Made by a program: the position numbers and the translations under genes. Shown here in pieces: positions 6,541 to 14,200 of a stretch of DNA of 20,000 nt. Within the stretch, counting starts at the first letter, position 1. Each line of letters begins with the position of its first letter. Source of the DNA: an uncultured virus (IMG/VR IMGVR_UViG_3300048905_000045) (taxonomy: Duplodnaviria; Heunggongvirae; Uroviricota; Caudoviricetes); IMG/VR virus record IMGVR_UViG_3300048905_000045. One strand, given 5' to 3'. The notes under the pieces are model-generated. The model worked only from the letters and a program-made list of their open reading frames with translations, did no database searches and had not been told where the DNA came from.

Positions 6541-8055
6541 ATGGCCGTCTCCCTCGTCGGCTACACGTCGGCGGAATTCCAGACCGGCGTGTTCAACTAC
6601 ACCCTCACCCCGGACGGCACCATCGCCACCGGGGACTGGCTCGTCGCTGTCGCCGTCACGGGGCAGGGGCAGGTCCTCGCGGTCCCGACGGGGTGGACGG
6701 CCCTCTACAACATGAAGGGCACCGGCACGCTGAACACTGCCGTGTTCACGAAGAAGCGCCTTGCCGGGGACACCGGCTACACCTTCACCTTCGGCGGCGC
6801 CACCACGTCCGCGAAGATCGCGATGATGTGGGTGCGCGGCGCGGCCGACACCGGCTGGGTGATCCCCACGGACGGCCGCTACCGGGCCAACTCCGGCGGC
6901 ACCTTCAACAACATCGCCGACCCGATCACCGTCGCGGCCAACACGCTCGCGCTGGTCATCTCCACCGAGCGCACTTCCGCCACCGAATCGAACATCTCCT
7001 CGATGACCGGGGCGACGCCGTGGTTCTTCGTGCCGCAAAACGGCGCCACCCAAATCGAAACCATCGCGGTCGGCTCCGTGCTGTCCTCCGGCGGCGGGGC
7101 CACCCCGTCCGTCACCATCACCTACCCGAACACGCAGGCCGCGAACGGCTGGGCCGTCCAGCTCGGCATCCCTGTCGCGGCCGCCGCTCCCGCCAGCGGG
7201 CTTTCGCGCTGGGTCGGCGGCGTCGAGGTCCCCGTGACGGTGAAGCTGTGGAACGGCACCGCCGAGGTCGCGCTCACCCAGTCCCAGCCCGCCGTCGGCA
7301 ACTATCGGATCGCGGACCTGCTGGCGACGTCCCCGTTCTACATCGCGCACCGCGGCTCCATGGACAACTGGCCCGAGCACACCATGCGGGCGTTCAAGAA
7401 CTCGGTCAACTACGGCATGAAGGCGCTGGAGGTGTCGGTCAACGTCACCACCGACAGCGTCATCTTCTGCCACCACGACACCAACCTGTCGCGGATGACC
7501 GGGACGAACCTGAACTTCTCCGCCGCGACTGCCGCGCAGGTGGACGCGCTGACCACGACGGGCGGGCTGACGGACAACCCGACGCAGGACCGCCAGCCGG
7601 TCGCCCGGCTCACCGACGTGCTCGCGGCGTACGCCTCCAACCATGTGCTGTTCATCGAGCCGAAGTCCGGCGGCGCGTGGCAGGCGGACCTGATCGCGCT
7701 GATTAAGACGTACCCGGACATCACCAACCGGATCGTCTGGAAGGCGCCGATTGTCTCCGGCTTCTCCGGCGCCAAGACCGCGGGCTTCACCACATGGGGC
7801 TACCTGCTTCAGGACGACCCGGCGCACGCGGACTGGCAGACCCTCGTGGCGAAGTCGGACGTGGACTGGATCGGCGTGAACCACACCGCGACCGACGCCT
7901 ACATTCAGGGCGTCGTGGCGCTGGCGAACAGCCTCGGCAAGAAGGTCATCATGTGGGAAATCCACACCGCCGCGATGCGCGACCGGGCGCTGTCCCTCGG
8001 CGTCACGGGAATGATGACCTCCAATGTCCGCACCGTCCTGCCCAAGTACCCCTAG
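6541..8055 (+). CDS. Virion-associated glycerophosphodiester phosphodiesterase (GDPD) fusion protein with beta-rich N-terminal domain
   Basis: 504 aa. The C-terminal half has IAHRG...PEHT...ALEVSV...D...CHHD..L.R, FIEPK, VIMWEI and GVTGMMTS, a GDPD TIM-barrel pattern. The N-terminal ~220 aa are Thr/Gly-rich and beta-like. Starts 1 nt after the upstream stop. Confidence 0.85.
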   Translation: MAVSLVGYTSAEFQTGVFNYTLTPDGTIATGDWLVAVAVTGQGQVLAVPTGWTALYNMKGTGTLNTAVFTKKRLAGDTGYTFTFGGATTSAKIAMMWVRGAADTGWVIPTDGRYRANSGGTFNNIADPITVAANTLALVISTERTSATESNISSMTGATPWFFVPQNGATQIETIAVGSVLSSGGGATPSVTITYPNTQAANGWAVQLGIPVAAAAPASGLSRWVGGVEVPVTVKLWNGTAEVALTQSQPAVGNYRIADLLATSPFYIAHRGSMDNWPEHTMRAFKNSVNYGMKALEVSVNVTTDSVIFCHHDTNLSRMTGTNLNFSAATAAQVDALTTTGGLTDNPTQDRQPVARLTDVLAAYASNHVLFIEPKSGGAWQADLIALIKTYPDITNRIVWKAPIVSGFSGAKTAGFTTWGYLLQDDPAHADWQTLVAKSDVDWIGVNHTATDAYIQGVVALANSLGKKVIMWEIHTAAMRDRALSLGVTGMMTSNVRTVLPKYP

Positions 8056-8063
8056 GAGACACC

Positions 8064-8822
8064 TTGTTTACCCAGCTCATCACCCCCAACCCGTACGGGC
8101 CCAAGGCCGAGGAGGGCCTGTGCCTTCAGTACGTGCGCCAAGCCTTCGGGCTTCCGGCACGGTTCGGGTCCGCGACCGAGGCGTGGAACAACTCGCGCTC
8201 CCAGCACCGGGACCGGAACTACCCCAAGGGTGTCTGGTTCGCGGTGTGGTGGAAGCTCGCGGGCAACCCGTACGGCCACGTCGCCGCGGTGGCCCCGGAC
8301 GGCCGGGTGTTCTCCACTTCCAACCTCAACCCCAACCCGCTGAAGGTCCACCCGAACGTCGCCGACGTCGAAGCCTACTACGCCCGGTACGGGCACCCGC
8401 TGACGTACCTCGGCTGGACCGAAGATGTGGCCGGTTTCCCGGTCATCGCCCCGGGCATTTCCGCTCAGGGCTCCACCACCACCACAGGAGACATTTTCAT
8501 GGCACTTTCCGATGCAGAACAGAAGCGCATCCTCGCCGCCGCCGACCGGATCAACGGCCGTGTCGCCGACGTCCGGGTGCTGAACGCCGAGGACGGCGCG
8601 TACATGAACGCGATGCGTGACGCACAGCACGCGAAGGTCATGGCGGCGCTGGACCAGACGCTCGACAAGGAGGACGGCGGCTACATCGTCAACCTCGTCA
8701 ACGCGATCAAGCCCGGCTCCGTGGACCCCAAGGCCATCGCCGACGCCATCGTCGCCCTGATCCCCGTCGGCGTCTCCCCCAAGGCTGTCGCTGACGAACT
8801 CGCCGCACGGCTGAAGGACTAA
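8064..8822 (+). CDS. Endolysin (CHAP/NlpC-P60-like cysteine peptidase domain plus helical C-terminal domain)
   Basis: SD AGGAG (8054-8058) plus TTG 8064 gives 252 aa. GLCLQYVRQAFG...SATEAW...YGHVA gives a Cys/His catalytic pair. YLGWTED ends the domain and is followed by a Thr linker. Confidence 0.75.
   Translation: MFTQLITPNPYGPKAEEGLCLQYVRQAFGLPARFGSATEAWNNSRSQHRDRNYPKGVWFAVWWKLAGNPYGHVAAVAPDGRVFSTSNLNPNPLKVHPNVADVEAYYARYGHPLTYLGWTEDVAGFPVIAPGISAQGSTTTTGDIFMALSDAEQKRILAAADRINGRVADVRVLNAEDGAYMNAMRDAQHAKVMAALDQTLDKEDGGYIVNLVNAIKPGSVDPKAIADAIVALIPVGVSPKAVADELAARLKD
8499..8822 (+). CDS. Putative internally initiated 107-aa C-terminal product of the endolysin gene
   Basis: AGGAGACA at 8486-8493 is identical to the SD context at 8054 and 10623. 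AT-rich spacer, and in-frame ATG 8499 right after the STTTT linker. Confidence 0.65.
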   Translation: MALSDAEQKRILAAADRINGRVADVRVLNAEDGAYMNAMRDAQHAKVMAALDQTLDKEDGGYIVNLVNAIKPGSVDPKAIADAIVALIPVGVSPKAVADELAARLKD

Positions 8823-8826
8823 GAAC

Positions 8827-9561
8827 ATGAGCTGGCCCGTAATCTGGCCCGGCGGCACCACCCCCGCCGGGGCCTCCCCTGAACAGGTGGCGCTGGCGGA
8901 GACGTACGCCGCCAACACCCTGCGGTTCCTGACCCTGAACAGGGTCGGCGGGAACCCGATCACCGTCATGCCCTGCGCCCGGACCTGCCGCAGGCCGCTG
9001 ATGCGGGCCGCTCTGTTCTCCCCCGTCCCCTTCTACCCGTCCGCGACGGACCTGCGCGCCTGCGGGTGCTCGCTCGGGTGCGGGTGCTCCGGCGTCGGCG
9101 GCGTCGAACTGGACGGCCCCGTCGGGCGCATCGACGAGGTCAAGATCAACGGCACCGTGCTGGGCCCGGATGAGTACCTTGTCATGGACGGCCACACGCT
9201 GATCCGCAAGGACCACACCAACTGGCCCGCCTGCGCCGGGAAGGACTTCACCGTCACTTACCTTCAGGGCTACGAGGTCGACGACATGGGGAAGTTCATC
9301 GCCGGTCTGCTCGCCGAGGAATTCATCAAGGCGATGCTCGCGGACAAGAAGTGCCGCCTGCCCTCCACCATCACCACGATGGCGCGGCAGGGGATCAGCT
9401 ACGAGCTGACCAAGGGCATGTTCGTTGACGGCGTCACGGGCATCCCGGAGGTCGACGCGTATGTGGTGCTGTGGAATCCGTACGGCCTGCGCACCCGCCC
9501 CGCGGTGTACTCCCCTGACCTGCCGCACTCCCACCAAGTCACCCTCGGGAGCTGGCAGTAA
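8827..9561 (+). CDS. Head-to-tail adaptor protein (Cys-rich)
   Basis: 244 aa. WPV.W, A...L..LT..RVG...TV.PC, CGC..GCGC, GPV..I.EV.I.G, W P.C, CRLP..IT...RQG, TGIPEVD...NP motifs resemble cluster-B-like adaptors. Position fits. Confidence 0.75.
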   Translation: MSWPVIWPGGTTPAGASPEQVALAETYAANTLRFLTLNRVGGNPITVMPCARTCRRPLMRAALFSPVPFYPSATDLRACGCSLGCGCSGVGGVELDGPVGRIDEVKINGTVLGPDEYLVMDGHTLIRKDHTNWPACAGKDFTVTYLQGYEVDDMGKFIAGLLAEEFIKAMLADKKCRLPSTITTMARQGISYELTKGMFVDGVTGIPEVDAYVVLWNPYGLRTRPAVYSPDLPHSHQVTLGSWQ

Positions 9562-10055
9562 TGGCACAGTCCGCCCGGCAAATGGCCGACATCCTCCTCG
9601 CTTCCCTCGTTGTCGCACTGCGGGACAAGGGGGGCGAGGAGGTCTGCTCCACCGCGATCTACCACGGCGACTCTGTCACCCTCGACTACGCCGACTGCGG
9701 TGGGATGGCGTGGGTGCGGCTGGTGTCCACCGGCCCGTCACGGAACTTCCCCTCCGTCATCTCAGACCTGAACGCCTGCGGCGCCTCGCTCGCACACACG
9801 TTCGAGTTGGGCGTGATGCGCGCGGCACCGCTGGCGACGGCACTGCTGGCCGGGTCCGGCGTGGACCTGCCCGACGACGCCGAGAACACTGAGGCCGCGG
9901 CGCTGGCGCTCGATGACATGGAGGCGCTGTGGGCCGCGATCCAGATGGCGGCGCAGGACATCGAACTGCTGGTGCCGGGGACCTACACCCCGGTCGGCCC
10001 GACGGGCGGCTCGCTCGGCGGCACATGGTCTGTGACGGTCGGGGACGATGACTGA
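9561..10055 (+). CDS. Head-tail joining / tail completion protein (putative)
   Basis: 164 aa, TAATG coupling. D..DCGGMAWVRL and GP.GG..GG.W motifs. Lies between the adaptor and neck genes. Confidence 0.6.
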   Translation: MAQSARQMADILLASLVVALRDKGGEEVCSTAIYHGDSVTLDYADCGGMAWVRLVSTGPSRNFPSVISDLNACGASLAHTFELGVMRAAPLATALLAGSGVDLPDDAENTEAAALALDDMEALWAAIQMAAQDIELLVPGTYTPVGPTGGSLGGTWSVTVGDDD

Positions 10056-10540
10056 TGCCTACCGCGTTTGTCCGCGTCCATGAGGGCGCGGTCCAGTCGT
10101 TCCTCCTCCCCGGCCAGCCGGTCGATGAGCTGATCCACAACACCGCCCAGCACACCCGTGCGTTCGCCCGCGAGCACATCAACAACCGCACCGGGGCGCT
10201 GTCGCGGTCGATTCAGGTCAACCGGCCGACCCGCACCGGGCCGCTGACAAACTCCTCACTGGTGGTGGCGCTGTCCAAGCACGCGCTATACGTCCACGAA
10301 GGGACGGGCCGCATCTTCCCGAAGCACGGCAAGATGCTGACCATTCCCAAACAGAACTACGGAATCAGCGGGGGCGGCAACCCGTCCGGCGGTTCACTGC
10401 GCAAAGCGTGGCGTTCCGGCGGACGCGTGGCGTTCCCCGACGGCGCCCCGTACTTCACCCGGCGCTCCATTAGCGGTCAGAAGGCGAACCCATTCCTGAA
10501 GAAGGGCCTCGCCGAGGCTATGGCACTCGTTCGCAGATAA
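10055..10540 (+). CDS. HK97 gp10-like neck / tail completion protein
   Basis: 161 aa, TGATG coupling. RTGALSRSI, HALYVHEGT and GQKANPFLKKGL match the HK97-gp10-like pattern. Confidence 0.75.
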   Translation: MPTAFVRVHEGAVQSFLLPGQPVDELIHNTAQHTRAFAREHINNRTGALSRSIQVNRPTRTGPLTNSSLVVALSKHALYVHEGTGRIFPKHGKMLTIPKQNYGISGGGNPSGGSLRKAWRSGGRVAFPDGAPYFTRRSISGQKANPFLKKGLAEAMALVRR

Positions 10541-10555
10541 GCCGCGCCTTCCACG

Positions 10556-10630
10556 GATACTGAGTACCCGCCGGTACTCTGATACTGGCCGTGCAATCGG
10601 CCACTCCGGGAGACTGAAATACAGGAGACA
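10556..10630 (+). promoter_or_regulatory. Intergenic regulatory region upstream of the tail chaperone / tape measure genes
   Basis: Inverted repeats GAGTACC-cgcc-GGTACTC (10562-10579) and TGGCCG-tgcaat-CGGCCA (10586-10603). Direct repeat GATACTG at 10556 and 10581. TACTCT is -10-like. SD AGGAG at 10623. Confidence 0.45.
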
Positions 10631-10634
10631 TCCG

Positions 10635-11066
10635 TTGAAAGAATTTGTTACAGCCGTAAAGACCGAGGACGAAGCTGAAGAGGGCATCACCTTCAAGCAC
10701 AACGGCCGCGAGGTGACGTTCTACCGTCCCTCCAAGGGCCAGCAGACGATGATGCTCGCCATGGGCGGGCGTGGCATGAGCGAAGAAGCAATCGGCCACT
10801 TCATCCACCTGTGGATCAACCTCGGCGACGACGACACCCAGCGCTATTTCCAGGACCTGTTGCTCGACCGCAAGAGCGGCTTCGACATCGACAGTGAGGG
10901 TGGCATCTTCGACATCTGGGAGCACCTTACCGAGGAGTGGTCGGGAAAAGATTCCCAGAAGCCGTCCGGCTCGCGTGCGTCGCGGCGGGCAACTGGCGCC
11001 AAATCGACGGGCACTACTCCGGTAAGGGCGTCGACCTCCTCGCGCTCCCGCTCCCTCGATTCCTAA
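10635..11066 (+). CDS. Tail assembly chaperone (G-like)
   Basis: 143 aa, SD AGGAG plus TTG. Directly upstream of the tape measure gene. Contains the slippery heptamer at EEWSGK. Confidence 0.8.
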   Translation: MKEFVTAVKTEDEAEEGITFKHNGREVTFYRPSKGQQTMMLAMGGRGMSEEAIGHFIHLWINLGDDDTQRYFQDLLLDRKSGFDIDSEGGIFDIWEHLTEEWSGKDSQKPSGSRASRRATGAKSTGTTPVRASTSSRSRSLDS

Positions 11067-11203
11067 ACGTCATCTATGACTGGGCAATGAATCACCAGAG
11101 CGAGGAAGACGCCCTCCGATGGTCGGAAACCCTCGCCAGTCCCCTCCCCAGTTCGTCGGACGAAATGGACGGTAACGAAATTGACCAGCTCAGCAAGCTC
11201 TAA
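10635..11203 (+). CDS. Tail assembly chaperone, -1 frameshifted long form (GT-like, ~189 aa)
   Basis: G GGA AAA at 10943-10949 (X XXY YYZ, in phase). The -1 frame stays open to TAA 11203 and encodes ...W..IDG....GVDLLALPLPRFLNVIY.W, a T-like segment. Confidence 0.75.
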
Positions 11204-11228
11204 GCAGTAAACGAAAGGACGGGTCACC

Positions 11229-14200
11229 GTGGGTATTGGACGCGAAGTAGCTGACGCGTATATCAGCGTCCACGGTGACCTGTCCCCGTTCCGGCGTTCC
11301 CTGAGCGGAGCCCAGAAGGACATCGAGAAGGCGGCGAAGAACAACGCTGACACCTACGCGGAAGCGTGGGGCAAGCGACTCGAAAAGCAGACCGGTGACC
11401 GGTGGAACTCCATCGTCGACGCGATGTACTCGCAGGAAAAGCTCGACATCAACAAGATGATCGAGCACTTCGATCCGACCGACCTCGACAACGCGCAGAC
11501 GAAGATCAACAAGTTCCTGCTGGACATGTCACGGAACCAGCACCTCACCGGCGATTACTACAAAGATGTCAAGCGGGACATCAACGCCGCCATCGAGGGG
11601 ATGCGCGAACGCAACAGGCTCGATGCCGAGAACGAGCAACAACTGCGCGGGCTGAGCATGGCGCTGGAGGCGAACAGCAAGTTCCTTGCGGACGCGAACA
11701 AGGAGAACGAGCGCTGGGCGCGCACCCTCGACGGCATCCGCAAGAACAACGCCATCGGCGACATGGAAGGCGACTTCCGCAAACTGGCCGGGACCATGAA
11801 GTCCGCCGACTTCGCCGACTTCGCGAAGGGCTTCGACACCTTCACGGAACTGCGCAAGCGCGTCTACGACGTCACCGCCGCCATGCAGGAGCAGGGCCGG
11901 ATGTCGGACGAGCAGGCCGCCGTGATGCGCGAGAACGTCAACATGTTCATCCGCGGCGAGCACCAGAAGTCCGACGCGATGCGCGAGACGCTGGCCGAGA
12001 CGAACCGGCTGAAGAAAGCTCAGGACGAGTACAACGGCTCGCTCTCCGGGATGGCCAGGAACTTCCACATCGGGAAGCTGGAGAACGACTTCCGCAACCT
12101 TGCCGCCGCGATGGACTCCAACGACTTCTCCCACTTCGCCCGCGGCGCGGACAACCTCCGGGACATGCGGTTGCAGATCGCGAACACCGCGAACGAGATG
12201 CGCAGGCTCGGCCGGATGACCGATCAGGAATACCTGCTGGTGCTCCAGCGCACCACCGCCCTGACGCACTCCTTCAACGACAACGACGGCGCAATGAAGC
12301 GCTCGATCATCACGGGGGCACGGCTGAGGAAGGTCTTCTCCGGGATGGGCCGTGCACTGCGCGGAACCCGGGAGCACCTTCAGGGCTTCGCCGGGCTGAA
12401 CGTCTTCGGCGACATGATCCGGGAGGGACTGGACTTCATCCACAACCTCGACCGCATCGCGGTGTCGGCGTCCAAGGCATTCCTGAAGGTCGGCGCGCTG
12501 GGCTCGGTTGCCGGGTCCTCCCTCGCGGGCCTGTTCGTCATCGCCACCGACCTCGGCGCCGTCATCGGCGGGCTCGGCGCGGCCCTGCCCGGCTTCCTCG
12601 TCGCCGCGGGCATCTCCGGCGGCGTGCTGTACGCGGCGCTGAAGGACATGAAGACGGTCCTGAAGGACCTGACCCCGCAGTTCAAGAAGCTTCAGGACAC
12701 CATCTCCAGCAAGTTCTGGGCGCAGGCGAAGAAGCCGATCACCGACCTGACCAAGGCGCTGATGCCGCTCCTGACCACGAAGCTCGGCGCGACCGGCACC
12801 GCATGGGGCAAGGTCTTCGGCTCCCTCGCCGATTCCATCAAGGCGATCCCGCAGAAGCGCATCGCGGGAATGTTCGACCGGATGAATAAGGGCATCGACA
12901 TTGCCGCCGGGGCCATGCCGCCGCTGATCCGCGCGTTCACCAACCTCGGCGACGCCGCGTCCCGGCAGTTCGAGCGCTTCGGCACGTGGATCAAGAAGAT
13001 TTCCACCGACTTCGACAAGTTCATCCAGAAGGCGTCCGACAACGGCGACCTCGACAAGTGGATCAACAACATGGTCGACGGCTTCAAGAACCTCGGCCGC
13101 GCCGCCGACGGCACCTTCGGAATCATCAACGCCATCTCCGACGCCGCGAAGCGGGCCGGGTCCGGCGGGCTGAAGGAATTCGCCGACAAGCTTCAGGGCA
13201 TCGCGAAGGCCATGCAGGAGCGCGGCTTCCAAGACACCCTCACCACGTTCATCTCGGGCATGAACATCGCCGTCGGCAAGATGGGCGAGGCCATCAAGGG
13301 CCTCGGCCCGGCACTCCAGTCCGTCATGCCCTCCATCAAGATCGCCCTGTCCGACGTCGGAGACTCGGTCGCCACGATCATCGGCTACCTCGGCCAGATT
13401 CTTTCCAACCCCACCGTGCAGAAGGGCATCACGGACTTCAGCAATGGGGTCAAGACGGCGCTGGGCCTGCTCGCCCCCGCCGTGAAGCCGTTCGCCGATT
13501 CGCTCGGCAACGCCATGTCCCTGCTGGGCAAGGTCGTGGAGTCCGTTGCGAAGATCGCCACCGCGTTCACCGTCAACCTCGCCCCCGTCCTCGACCAGAT
13601 GTCGATTAAAGTCCAGACCCTGCTGGACCCGCTCTCGAACATGGCCACCAACGCCATCGAAAAGCTGAAGCCTGTCGCGGACGCGCTGGACAAGTTCATC
13701 GTCGGACCCATCGTCGCGGCGATGAACTCCTCCCTGATCCCGTCGTTCAACGGCTTCGTGGACAAGGCCAGCCCGGTACTGGCCAAGATCGTCGAAGACC
13801 TCGGCCCCGTGCTGAAAAGTCTGGTCAACGACGTACTGCCGAACGCGGTGAAGTTCGCCACCGAACTGCTGGACCCGCTGGGGAAGGTCTTCGACCTGTT
13901 CACCCCGGCGCTCAAAAAGCAGATCGACGACGTCGCGGGCGGCTTCAGTTCGCTCTCCGCCGCCATGCGGATCGCGAAGGGCGAGGCGCGCACCGAGGAC
14001 TGGGGCACCCTGTTCGGCGCGTTCTCCATGGACGGCTTCAACAAGGCGCAGAAAGCCTACGAGGAGCAAATCAAGAACGCGCCCAAGACGGACTGGGGCG
14101 ACATCTTCGGCGAACTGCTCGGCGGCAACGCGCAGAACGGCATGGCAATCGCGTGGAACGAGAAAATCTACCCGGAGCTGGTCAAGGCCGGGCAGTGGCT

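Noticed and set aside
4809..8063. ORF-track starts at 4809, 6252 and 7794
   Set aside because: They overlap upstream genes or the terminator and lack an SD. Starts at 4875, 6321 and 8064 have clear SDs.
11402..12889. Long alternative-frame + strand ORFs rich in Arg/His/Pro (also 1078-1710, 6693-7706, 16022-17776)
   Set aside because: Composition is the typical off-frame read of GC-rich codons, and they overlap real genes entirely.
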